64,000 bases of DNA from Pseudomonadota bacterium (lineage in GTDB: Bacteria > Myxococcota_A > UBA9042 > GCA-2863065), in assembly GCA_005776585.1 (NCBI GenBank), contig SXOX01000103.1, positions 137,410 to 201,409 of the forward strand, given 5' to 3'. Below the pieces are notes generated by a model. It had not been told where the DNA came from and made no database searches. It was given only the letters and a program-made list of their open reading frames with translations. Of this stretch, positions 51,489 through 60,116 are shown in pieces (within the stretch, counting starts at the first letter, position 1; each line of letters begins with the position of its first letter). A program made the position numbers and the translations under genes.

Positions 51489-52262
51489 ATGGTCGGTGCG
51501 GATGACAAGGGTCTCCAGAACGGAATTCCGAACATCGAGGGGACCCGGGAGCGGCTCGCCCTGCCCGGAGGACTCGTGACGCTGTTTCGTGCGATCGTGC
51601 CCCCTACGGGGCGCGTCGCCCTCGCGGAGCCGACGGTCCATGGCGTCACCGACGCCGTCCTCGCCGCGGGTAGGCGCTATGTGGATGTCGGGCGCGATGC
51701 GCGCTTTCGGGTGCACAAGGAGGGGCTCGCCTTTGCGCTTCGGGAGCAAACGACGTCCGCGGTGTATCTGGCCGATCCCGACGACCCGACGAGCACCCGA
51801 CCTCACGCCAGCTGGGTCGCTCGCGCCGCCCGAAGCCGGTGTACTCTAATCGTGGACCGCCGATATGACCTCCCCGATCATGTCGGCCCGGAGGCCATCA
51901 CGATCCTGGGTATCGACCGGAAGGAGGTCGTGCACCTGCTGGCCTCCGAGCCGTGGGTGCCGCTCCTCCGTACGGCGGGTGCGCGCACCTCGACCTACCG
52001 CCAGGGGTACCCCCCACGGGCGTCACCTCGCGGTCTGTGGCTTCTCGCCTCCCAGCGGCCTGGCCTTCAGCTCGAGCGCCCGAAGGGGCCACGCTTCTGG
52101 TTGCGCGTGCCGGGCATCCCGTCTGCGACGATCGCGGCATACGCGTGCTCCACCGCCGTCGAAGGCTCAACCGCCTGGACCTGGCGCGACGCGGTCGCGA
52201 TTCGACCGTTGCCGCTCGTCGCGGCGAAGCGACTGCTGGACGCCTTGGAGGCGTGCCGGTAG
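51489..52262 (+). CDS. Degenerate class-II aminotransferase (HisC-like) homolog, possibly a pseudoenzyme or gene remnant
   Basis: PPTGRVALAEPTVHG, AVYLADPDDPTS, TLIVDRRYD and RFWLRVPG...AVAIRPL...LLDALE are collinear with HisC blocks. No S-x-K PLP-lysine motif is visible. The protein is shorter than HisC and has weaker GC3 than its neighbours. Confidence 0.4.
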   Translation: MVGADDKGLQNGIPNIEGTRERLALPGGLVTLFRAIVPPTGRVALAEPTVHGVTDAVLAAGRRYVDVGRDARFRVHKEGLAFALREQTTSAVYLADPDDPTSTRPHASWVARAARSRCTLIVDRRYDLPDHVGPEAITILGIDRKEVVHLLASEPWVPLLRTAGARTSTYRQGYPPRASPRGLWLLASQRPGLQLERPKGPRFWLRVPGIPSATIAAYACSTAVEGSTAWTWRDAVAIRPLPLVAAKRLLDALEACR

Positions 52263-52274
52263 CATCGGCGCCCA

Positions 52275-52925
52275 ATGCGCTTCGTCCTGGTCACTGCTGT
52301 CGCGTTCGTCGGAGTCGCGGCCTGCGCGCGTCATGCGGAGCCCGAGCCGTCGTCCAGCGCGCCAGCCCCTCCGACGCTCGTGTCGCCGCTTCCGCCCCCG
52401 GCGTCGGCGCCCCCCGAGAAGCTGACGGCGCGGCCCCGCCGCGAGATCCTCGTCGGTGGCTGCATGCGGGAATGCAAGGAGCCCCGCGAGGCCCTCCGCG
52501 CCTTCCTGAGCGCGGTCATCTCCACGCCCGCGCCCGATGTGGCCGTCCTGCGCAGTTTCATCGACACGAGCATGCTCGTGCACGCCGGCACCGACCACGG
52601 GACGCGCTGGGCCGAGCACTTCACGCAGGGGCGCCTGGATACGCGGCGCACCGAGATCGATACATGGATCGGTGACTGGAGCCGCTTTTCGGCGCACGTG
52701 CTCGATCCGCGGGATCGCGGGCGCAGTGACCAGGGCTGGACGATCGTGGAGGAGAATCAGCGCCGGTTCGTCGTGGATTGGAGCCGACCCGACCTGGCCC
52801 CCGATGCCCAAGGGCCGCTTCCCGCCGCAGTCGTCCGCTTCACGCTCCGGCCGCGCGGAATGGAGTGGCTCGTGACCGACGTCGAAGACCGGGCGGCTGC
52901 GCTGCCGGGAGCGAGGAAACCGTGA
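52275..52925 (+). CDS. Lipoprotein of unknown function
   Basis: MRFVLVTAVAFVGVAAC lipobox, a Pro/Ser-rich linker and a ~150-aa globular part. 216 aa. Confidence 0.6.
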   Translation: MRFVLVTAVAFVGVAACARHAEPEPSSSAPAPPTLVSPLPPPASAPPEKLTARPRREILVGGCMRECKEPREALRAFLSAVISTPAPDVAVLRSFIDTSMLVHAGTDHGTRWAEHFTQGRLDTRRTEIDTWIGDWSRFSAHVLDPRDRGRSDQGWTIVEENQRRFVVDWSRPDLAPDAQGPLPAAVVRFTLRPRGMEWLVTDVEDRAAALPGARKP

Positions 52926-53284
52926 GCGAATCACCCGACGATCTCTACAAGAACCGCCGGGAGCACGCGCGCGTCGACGTCGACCTGCGCGCCCTGCTCG
53001 TCCACGACGAGCTCCACGCCGAGGACATCGAGCTCCTGATGAGCAACCTCAGCCTCGGCGGGTGCTTCATCAAGACCGCCATGCCCGAGCCGTCGGGCTC
53101 GATGGTCATGCTGCGCTTCTCGCTGCCCGGCGACGCCCACGCGCCCGTCGTTCGCGCCGTCGGCAAGGTCTGCTGGACCAAGGGCGGTCGCGAGAGCGGC
53201 ATGGGCATCCAGTTCGTCCGCATCGAGGACGAGGACCTGGGCGTGCTCAAGCGCTACATCGCGGGCCTCCTGTCCGACGACTGA
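52922..53284 (+). CDS. Stand-alone PilZ domain protein
   Basis: GTG 52922 overlaps the preceding stop (GTGA). The motifs are RREHARVDV (RxxxR) and SNLSLGGCFI (D/NxSxxG), with GMGIQFV. 120 aa. Confidence 0.75.
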   Translation: MSESPDDLYKNRREHARVDVDLRALLVHDELHAEDIELLMSNLSLGGCFIKTAMPEPSGSMVMLRFSLPGDAHAPVVRAVGKVCWTKGGRESGMGIQFVRIEDEDLGVLKRYIAGLLSDD

Positions 53285-53295
53285 GCCCGCGCTCG

Positions 53296-54660
53296 CTATT
53301 TGCCGATGCAGAAGCTCGAGAAGATGCGGTCGAGCACGTCCTCGGTCGTCGTCTCGCCCGTAATCAGACCCAGCGCGGCCAGCGCTTCGGCCACGTCGAC
53401 TGCGATGAGCTCGGGAGGTGCCCGCTGCTGGGCCGCAGAAGCGGCGTCGCGCAGTGCGCGCGCGGCCGTCTGGAGCGCTTCGGCGTGCCGCGCGGACGTA
53501 ATGACGAGCGCGCTCAGCGCTTCGGCGCCGTGGGGCAGGAGCGCGTCGCGCAGGCGCCTCTGAAGCGCCTCGAGCCCGACTCCGGTCACTGCGGAGATGT
53601 CTCCCGGGGCGAGGTCGGCCTTCGTGCGGATGCGCAGGAGCCGCTCCGACGCGATCGCGGGGTCGGGGAGCGCCTCGGGCTGCGTGGGATCGTCGAGCCA
53701 GAGGACGAGGTCTGCGCTCCCGATGAGCTCGCGCGATCGGTCGATGCCGAGCGCCTCGACGGCGTCGTCTGACGCGCGCATACCCGCGGTGTCGATGAGG
53801 ACGACCGGGACGCCGTCCAAGTCGAGCGTCTCCTCCAGGTAGTCGCGCGTCGTCCCCGGCACCGGCGTCACGAGCGCGCGATTGGTCCGCAGCAGCGCGT
53901 TGAACAGGCTGGATTTGCCAGCGTTGGGAGGACCGGCAAGGACGACGCGCGCTCCGTCGCGCAGCACGCGACCCGTTCGCCAGGTCTCGGCGAGGGCCTC
54001 GACCTCCGTCGCCACGCGCGCCAGCGGCTCGCCTGCATCGGCCGTGAGCGCCGCGCCGAGGTCCTCGTCGATGAAGTCGATTTGGACCTCGAGCCGCGCC
54101 AAGACGTCGACCACGGCCGCCCTCAGCGCCCGTACGCGCTGCCCGAGACCCCCGCGCCGCTGCGCCTGGGCCCGCTCCAGCGCCCCTTCGGTGCGGGCGG
54201 TCACGACGTCCAGCAGACCCTCGGCCTGGGCCAGATCGATCCGCCCCGCGAGAAACGCGCGCAGCGTGAACTCGCCGCGATCGGCGAGCCGTGCGCCCCG
54301 TGCGATGGCCGCGCGCAGCAGGCGCTCCAGGTTGGCGCGGCCGCCATGCGCGTGCAGCTCGGCGACGTCCTCGCCCGTGAACGTTCGCGGGCCCGGCAGA
54401 AACACCGCATAGCCCTCGTCGAGCACGTGGCCGCTGGCGTCACAGAAGCGCCCGAGGTGCAGTCGGCCGGGCTCGAAGGTGGCGCGACCCGGGACCAGGT
54501 CTCCAAGCACCGTGCGCGCCTCGGCGCCGCTGATGCGGACGACGCCAATCCCCGCCGGCTCTGCGCTCGTGGCGAGGCCGACAATCGTGTCACTGAGAAG
54601 CCTCACCCGGTCGACTCCAGACCCGCTCGCAAGCGCAGTTTTTGCTTGACCGGCGGGCAT
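53296..54660 (-). CDS. mnmE: tRNA modification GTPase MnmE (TrmE)
   Basis: DTIVGLAT..GIGVVRISG N-terminal domain, G-domain GPPNAGKSSLFNALL and DTAGMR, and the canonical C-terminal FCIGK. 454 aa from ATG 54660. Confidence 0.9.
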   Translation of the reverse strand: MPAGQAKTALASGSGVDRVRLLSDTIVGLATSAEPAGIGVVRISGAEARTVLGDLVPGRATFEPGRLHLGRFCDASGHVLDEGYAVFLPGPRTFTGEDVAELHAHGGRANLERLLRAAIARGARLADRGEFTLRAFLAGRIDLAQAEGLLDVVTARTEGALERAQAQRRGGLGQRVRALRAAVVDVLARLEVQIDFIDEDLGAALTADAGEPLARVATEVEALAETWRTGRVLRDGARVVLAGPPNAGKSSLFNALLRTNRALVTPVPGTTRDYLEETLDLDGVPVVLIDTAGMRASDDAVEALGIDRSRELIGSADLVLWLDDPTQPEALPDPAIASERLLRIRTKADLAPGDISAVTGVGLEALQRRLRDALLPHGAEALSALVITSARHAEALQTAARALRDAASAAQQRAPPELIAVDVAEALAALGLITGETTTEDVLDRIFSSFCIGK

Positions 54661-54718
54661 TTCCGAGGATATTCCGCCCGCGCCACGAGGCCTCGCGCCC
54701 CGGGAAAGGGAGACCGAG

Positions 54719-54982
54719 ATGCACGGAACAGTCAAGTGGTTCAATGATGCCAAGGGCTACGGCTTCCTCGTGACCGACGACCGTCCGGAGACGGACATCT
54801 TCGTCCACTTCTCGGTCATCTCCGGGGAGGGCTATCGCTCCCTGTTCGAGGGCCAGCGGGTCGAGTTCGCGGTGGACCACGGCCCGCGAGGCCTCTATGC
54901 GACTCAGGTGGTTCGGCCCCCCGTGGACGCACTCGCGAGCACCATGTTCACCGCGTCGGCGCCCGAGTCGCTCGCCGCCTGA
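54719..54982 (+). CDS. Cold-shock domain protein (CspA family) with ~20-aa C-terminal extension
   Basis: GTVKWFNDAKGYGFL (RNP1) and DIFVHFS (RNP2). GGGAGA SD. 87 aa. Confidence 0.9.
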   Translation: MHGTVKWFNDAKGYGFLVTDDRPETDIFVHFSVISGEGYRSLFEGQRVEFAVDHGPRGLYATQVVRPPVDALASTMFTASAPESLAA

Positions 54983-54987
54983 GCGCG

Positions 54988-55878
54988 GTGACGCGGCATC
55001 CTCCGCTTCCGTTCACGACCCCAGGCTGGCACCCGCGGAGCCGCCGCGTCGACGTGGCCGGCTGGCCGGCGCACGTCATCGACACCGGGGGCGACCTCCC
55101 ACCGCTCGTGCTCGTGCACGGCATCCTGGTCTCATCGCGCAGCTTCCGTCACAACATCGAGCCGCTGTCGCGCGCGTTTCGCGTCATCGCGCCGTGCCAG
55201 AAAGGCCACGGGCACAGCGGGCGCGGCCCCGATCCCTACGACCTGGCCTCACTCTCACGCTTTGTGGTGGGGGTCCTCGATCACCTCGGCATCGACCGGG
55301 CACACTTCGCCGGAAACTCTCTGGGCGGCGCCGTCAGCGCGCGCATCGCGCTCGACCACCCGTCGCGCGTCGATCGCCTCGTGCTCATCAACCCGGCGGC
55401 CCGGCCCTTTGCGGCTCCCGTCGAGGCGTTTCTCCGCCTGCAAGGGCCGGTGCTCACGCCGCTCTACCGGGCGGTCGGTCAAGAGGCCACCTACCGCACG
55501 TTCCTGAGGTCGCTCGTCTACGGGAACCTGTCGACCATCGACACGGCCTATATGGCCGAGTTCATGGCCCACGTCCGGACGCCGGGCACGGTCGCCGCGG
55601 CAGCCACGATCGCCGGACAGCTACCCCGCGAGCTCGACGCGCTGTGGCCTCGGCTGCGCGGCCTGTCGCAGGCCACGCTGCTGGTCTGGGGCCAGAAGGA
55701 CCGCATCGTGCCGTTGCGCCATGGAGTCGCCTTGGCTCAGCAACTGCCCAACGCACGGCTCGAGATCCTGCCGCACGTCGGGCACGCCCCCCACGAGGAG
55801 CACCCGGCGCGGTTCAACGCGCTCGTGACCGACTTCCTCTCGCGGCAGATTCCTAGGGCTCGGCACCCAGGCGGGTGA
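54988..55878 (+). CDS. Alpha/beta-fold hydrolase
   Basis: PLVLVHGI, the nucleophile elbow GNSLGG, and a C-terminal HVGHAPHEEHP (catalytic His region). GTG start. 296 aa. Confidence 0.8.
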   Translation: MTRHPPLPFTTPGWHPRSRRVDVAGWPAHVIDTGGDLPPLVLVHGILVSSRSFRHNIEPLSRAFRVIAPCQKGHGHSGRGPDPYDLASLSRFVVGVLDHLGIDRAHFAGNSLGGAVSARIALDHPSRVDRLVLINPAARPFAAPVEAFLRLQGPVLTPLYRAVGQEATYRTFLRSLVYGNLSTIDTAYMAEFMAHVRTPGTVAAAATIAGQLPRELDALWPRLRGLSQATLLVWGQKDRIVPLRHGVALAQQLPNARLEILPHVGHAPHEEHPARFNALVTDFLSRQIPRARHPGG

Positions 55879-57883
55879 GCGCGGCGCGAACGTCCTTGGC
55901 CTTCGGACACTCGCCGCACATCCGGAGGAACTGCTTGTAGACCGTCACGGCATCCGGGGCGCGACCGGCCTTCTCGAGCGCTTTGGCCAGCCCAAGCCAT
56001 GCATCGCGATAGCCGGGGTTCTTGCTCTTGGCCTCTTCGAACTTGAGGATGGCCTCGGTCGCCTTTCCCATGGCGAGGTAGGCGAACGCGATCTTGGCGA
56101 TGGGCTCGACGCTGCGCGGATTGAGCTTGGCCGCCTGCTCCAGGTACGCAATGGCCTTGGCCCCCTGACCCGCCTTGGTCGCCTTGGCGGCGGCGGCCAT
56201 GAAACCGTCATACGTCGTTGGCTCCGCGTCCGCCTCCGCCGGCGGGACCACTTTGGCGGGCTCCTTGCCCTCCCCCTTGGGGTCGTCCTTGGCCACCGGC
56301 TCTTTAGGCTGGTCCTTCGCCAGCTCTTTGGGGCCGACCTTGACGGGCGGCTTCTCGCGGGGCTCGTCTGGAAGCTCGTCCTCGGGCTCCTTGGGCCGTC
56401 GCGCCGTCGCGTCCTTCTTTGCATCGACGGCCGGAAGAGGCGGCGTGGCGTCAGCGACGACCTCGGGCGGACGCGGGCGTTGGCCAAAGACCGGCTGCTC
56501 GATGCCGGCGCGAGCGCGGGCCGTTCCAGCGTCGAACGGGCGCCGAACGCACGTGGGCACGGGGACCTCCGGTGGAGGCCGCACGGGCGCGCTCGCTGCC
56601 TTCGGGCTCGCGTCCGCCGGCTGCGTCTCCGGGGTACCCAAACGACCTACGACGTATCCTCCCACGAGCAGCGCCACGCCGGCGACCCCGCCCAACACCC
56701 AGAGGACGGCACCGCGCTCGTGTGCCGCGCGCCGCTCGGGGACGCCCGCCGCGTCCGGAGGAGGCAGCGTGGCCTGCGCCCGCACGGGCTGGATGTTGCG
56801 CGCCGGATCGATCCGGGGCGACGCGACGGCCGGCGAGGCGACGGGCGCCCGCGGTGCGGACGGGTCCAGTGCGAAGTCCTGGAGCGTGGTCGCTGTCGGA
56901 TCGTGCACCGGCACGAGCGGCGCTGGCGGAGCCGTTACGCCCAACGCGTCGCCCAGGTCGAAGGTGGCCACCGTGGCGGGTCGGCGCATCTCGAGCGTCG
57001 AGCCGAACAAGTCCATCTCGTCGACGTCAGAGGTCTTGACCCCCGAGCCGCCGAGCGCGGCCAACGCGTCGAACGGGAGCTCGAAGCTCCGCTGCGGTGG
57101 CGTTGTCGGAGCGACCTCCGCGGGCGCTTCGCCGGGCAGGGGGACGAGGTCCAAGAGCCCCGGCGTCTTCCTCACGTCGCGGCGGCCTTCGGCGTGCGGC
57201 TCTTCCCGAATCGACGGGACGAGGTCGAGCTGTCCGTCGGAGCCAGACGCTGCGGGACTGGAGCTCAAACCGTCGAACAGCGCGTATCCTTCCGTCGCTC
57301 GGCGTTCCGCCGAGACGGCCAGCTCTCGATCGGTCGCCGTGTCGGAATCGGCTGCTGCCGTGGTCGCCTCGTCCCAAGGCAACGGAGGCGGCGCCAGCAT
57401 GGGCGGAGGCACCGACTGGAACAAGCCCGCGAGCTCGAGGATGTCGGTCAGCGGACGAAACGTGGTCCCATTGCGACTGATCTCGTCCCGTGGTGTGACG
57501 CGCCCGTCCGCAGACCACTGCTTGAGGATGTCCAGCGTCGCGAAGCTGAGCTCGGTCCCATCCGGCTTTCGGACGGTCCAGCGGCGCACTGGGGCCTCGC
57601 CGAGCGGCGGCGCCGACGCGACACGCGTTGGACGCGCGGGGGCTGGCTCCGCTGGTGGCTCAGGAGCATCCCGATGCGGCTCGCTACCCCGCTTGGGCGG
57701 CCGCTCCCCGGGCTTGAGCGCCCGTAGCTCGCGGCTGTCCTGTCTCTCGGAGGACGACCTTCGCTTGCCCTTGACGACGATCCCCGCGCCGCATTTGGGG
57801 CAGGCCACCCGGCGCTGCTCGCCGGGCGCAAGCGCCGTCCCGAGCTCCTGGACTGTCAAGCAGCGCGGGCAGCGAACGTCCAT
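55853..57883 (-). CDS. Zinc-ribbon / GYF-like (DUF4339-type) domain membrane protein with C-terminal TPR domain
   Basis: N-terminal CPRC...CPKC zinc ribbon. GYF-like WTVRKPDGTELSFATLDILKQWSADGRVTPRDEISRNGTTFRPL. A long Pro-rich region, a TM helix VLWVLGGVAGVALLVGGYVVG, and C-terminal TPRs (AIAYLEQAAKLNPRS...). Confidence 0.75.
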   Translation of the reverse strand: MDVRCPRCLTVQELGTALAPGEQRRVACPKCGAGIVVKGKRRSSSERQDSRELRALKPGERPPKRGSEPHRDAPEPPAEPAPARPTRVASAPPLGEAPVRRWTVRKPDGTELSFATLDILKQWSADGRVTPRDEISRNGTTFRPLTDILELAGLFQSVPPPMLAPPPLPWDEATTAAADSDTATDRELAVSAERRATEGYALFDGLSSSPAASGSDGQLDLVPSIREEPHAEGRRDVRKTPGLLDLVPLPGEAPAEVAPTTPPQRSFELPFDALAALGGSGVKTSDVDEMDLFGSTLEMRRPATVATFDLGDALGVTAPPAPLVPVHDPTATTLQDFALDPSAPRAPVASPAVASPRIDPARNIQPVRAQATLPPPDAAGVPERRAAHERGAVLWVLGGVAGVALLVGGYVVGRLGTPETQPADASPKAASAPVRPPPEVPVPTCVRRPFDAGTARARAGIEQPVFGQRPRPPEVVADATPPLPAVDAKKDATARRPKEPEDELPDEPREKPPVKVGPKELAKDQPKEPVAKDDPKGEGKEPAKVVPPAEADAEPTTYDGFMAAAAKATKAGQGAKAIAYLEQAAKLNPRSVEPIAKIAFAYLAMGKATEAILKFEEAKSKNPGYRDAWLGLAKALEKAGRAPDAVTVYKQFLRMCGECPKAKDVRAALTRLGAEP

Positions 57884-57890
57884 CAGCAGC

Positions 57891-58952
57891 TCAGAAAGGC
57901 AGTTTCAGGTCGTAGAAGCCGGCGAGGTACATGCCAAAGTACACGCCCAGTCCGCCGACGAGGACGCCGCCGGCCATCATCGCCACGCGGAGGCCCCAGG
58001 AGTCCGAGCCGGCCTTGCGTTGGATGGCCGAGACCGTCGAGCCCGAGGTCCGGCGCGAACCAGATGGCGAGCGAGGCGCCGACGCTCCCGGCTCGGCCTC
58101 CGCCTCCATGAGCGCGTCCATGAGCGCGTTCTGTCCCGTGGTCGTGCGGCGGCGCTCCGAGGTCGTGGTCGTTGGCGTCGACGCCGCGCGCATCTGAGCG
58201 ACCGTGCCGCGACGTGCGGGAGCCGCGGGCGGTGACGTCGCGGAGCCGGCCTTCGATGCGCGACTCGCCGGAGGCGGAGGCGTACTGCTGGTCGTGCCAA
58301 CTCCCGGTGGCCGCGCGGTGGCGGTATTGGCGATCGCTTCTTCGGCCGACGTGCCCGCCGACAGCTGCTGCTCGAATTGGTCGTACGCCTTCCAAGCCAC
58401 GCCATCGAGAGACACGAGCCGATTCTTCTGGCCGCTGAGGCCCTTGCCCCAGGCCTGGAGCGCATCGACGCTGTAAAAACTGTACGTGAGGCCCGCGTCG
58501 GTCTTCAGTCTCCAGATCTGCTCGGGATCGCGCCGGGTCGCGGTGCTCGGCGGAGCCTCCTCCGCCGTTTCGGCTGCGGCGCTCGCATCCACCATGCGGA
58601 CGCCCGAGCCCTTCTTTCCGCCGTCGTTCGACAGGAGTTGTTCGAGCTCGGCGAGGTCGTCGAACGACATCGGCTCGAGCTTGCCGCCCTTGCGCTTGGT
58701 CGGAGGCCCGCCCTCGGCCCACGGCATGCGCATGTCTTGCATGGTCATGTCCATGTCCGCAGGCTCCGCCGCCGCCGGTTTGGCCTTGGGCGCGGCCGCA
58801 GCACCGTCCTGTCCGGGCTGGACGTAGCCGCAGTGGGGACACGTGATGTCGCCCGAGCCGGCCGTCCCCGAAAACGACGTCCAGCACGAAATGCAGATGT
58901 ACTCGCTGGCCACGACCGCGATGCCTCCCCCGCCCGCTGCTTCGCCCGCCAT
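57891..58952 (-). CDS. Zinc-ribbon / GYF-like domain protein with C-terminal membrane anchor (paralog-like of the downstream gene)
   Basis: CISC...CPHC zinc ribbon, GYF-like WRLKTDAGLTYSFYSVDALQAWGKG....LVSLDGVAWKAYDQF, and a C-terminal TM helix VAMMAGGVLVGGLGVYFGMYLAG. The stop lies 8 nt before the next gene's start. Confidence 0.7.
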   Translation of the reverse strand: MAGEAAGGGGIAVVASEYICISCWTSFSGTAGSGDITCPHCGYVQPGQDGAAAAPKAKPAAAEPADMDMTMQDMRMPWAEGGPPTKRKGGKLEPMSFDDLAELEQLLSNDGGKKGSGVRMVDASAAAETAEEAPPSTATRRDPEQIWRLKTDAGLTYSFYSVDALQAWGKGLSGQKNRLVSLDGVAWKAYDQFEQQLSAGTSAEEAIANTATARPPGVGTTSSTPPPPASRASKAGSATSPPAAPARRGTVAQMRAASTPTTTTSERRRTTTGQNALMDALMEAEAEPGASAPRSPSGSRRTSGSTVSAIQRKAGSDSWGLRVAMMAGGVLVGGLGVYFGMYLAGFYDLKLPF

Positions 58953-59056
58953 GGAGCCGATGGCCCTCCGGCTGGTCAAGCTACCATGCCTCCGTGCGCC
59001 AGGCCAAGCCAGTGCCGCGCAATTCAGAGACGGGCGCGAACGGAGCGGCGTGCGCG

Positions 59057-59086
59057 TTGACAGCGGTCGGCGGGCGTCGTTACATT
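59057..59086 (+). promoter_or_regulatory. Sigma-70-like promoter candidate upstream of the PEGA gene
   Basis: A perfect TTGACA (59057..59062), an 18-nt spacer, then TACATT (59081..59086), about 70 nt before ATG 59157. Confidence 0.45.
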
Positions 59087-59156
59087 GCTCGGCCTCGCCG
59101 CTGCCCGCTCGCATCGGCAGGCCGTGGGCCCTGACCCCATCGAGGAAGCCAACACG

Positions 59157-60116
59157 ATGCTGTCGTTGACCATCAAGCCTCTGGCCAAGCGTCCCGGCGC
59201 GGGGCCGCTCGCGTGTCTCGTCGTTCTGACCCTCGTGATGCCGCGCATTGCCTTTGCGGCAGACAAGCCGAAGGTCCTGGTGCTGCCGGTGCAGTCCGGC
59301 TCGCTCGGCAAGGGCGATCGGGAAGCGGCGACCAAGTCCGCTGCAGACGCCGTCAGCAAGTACAAGGATCTCGCGCTGTTGCCGACACCGCAGGTCGATC
59401 TGCTCGAGGTCATGGTCGATCTCGAGTGCACCGATCTCGATGACGAGTGCCTCGGCAAGATGGGCAAGAAGTGGGGCGCCGATCAGGTCGTGTTCGTCGA
59501 CGTCAAGGGCAAGGGCAGCGCCCTCTCGCTCGATTTCCGCGTCATTGATTCTGCGACGGGCAAGTCCATCAAGCGGCTCACGGGCACCGCCGACGGCAAG
59601 GGTGCCGTGGGAGCGGCGTTGGGCAAGGCGCTCACCGAGGCCTTCGGCGCGCTGCCCGCGGACAAGCCGCCAGACAAGCCTCCCGAGGCACAGAAAGTCG
59701 CGGTCACGCTGAACGCGAGCGTCGAAGGCGCCGAGGTCACGCTGAATGGCGCGCTCGTCGGCAAGACGCCGGTGCGGGCCCAGCTCAAGCCCGGCAAGTA
59801 TGACGCCAAGGTCACGCGCACTGGCTACGTCACGCTCACGCAGACCATCGAGGTCAAGAACGACGGCTCCAAGACGGCCGACTTCGTCTTCACCCTCGTC
59901 GCCGAGGCCGCGCCCATCGACCCGCCGCCTGTGGCCACGTCCGACACGCCCTACTACAAGACCTGGTGGTTCTGGACCGCGATCGGAGTCGGGGTCACGG
60001 CCCTGGGAGTCGGCCTTGGCGTCGGGCTCACCAAGGACACGCCTGCTGCGACCGGCGTGATGTCCTTCGGGATTGGCGCGCCGGACCACGATCCGCTGAT
60101 TCGGAGCGCCAAGTGA
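59157..60116 (+). CDS. PEGA domain-containing envelope protein with C-terminal TM helix
   Basis: The signal peptide ends IAFA-AD. PEGA-like block VEGAEVTLNGALVGKTPVRAQLKPGKYDAKVTRTGYVTLTQTIEV. TM helix WWFWTAIGVGVTALGVGLGVGL. Confidence 0.75.
   Translation: MLSLTIKPLAKRPGAGPLACLVVLTLVMPRIAFAADKPKVLVLPVQSGSLGKGDREAATKSAADAVSKYKDLALLPTPQVDLLEVMVDLECTDLDDECLGKMGKKWGADQVVFVDVKGKGSALSLDFRVIDSATGKSIKRLTGTADGKGAVGAALGKALTEAFGALPADKPPDKPPEAQKVAVTLNASVEGAEVTLNGALVGKTPVRAQLKPGKYDAKVTRTGYVTLTQTIEVKNDGSKTADFVFTLVAEAAPIDPPPVATSDTPYYKTWWFWTAIGVGVTALGVGLGVGLTKDTPAATGVMSFGIGAPDHDPLIRSAK

Noticed and set aside
56175-58235. 686-aa plus-strand ORF
   Set aside because: It is antisense to the two zinc-ribbon/GYF genes. 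Its Ser/Gly/Arg/Ala-rich low-complexity translation has no motifs.
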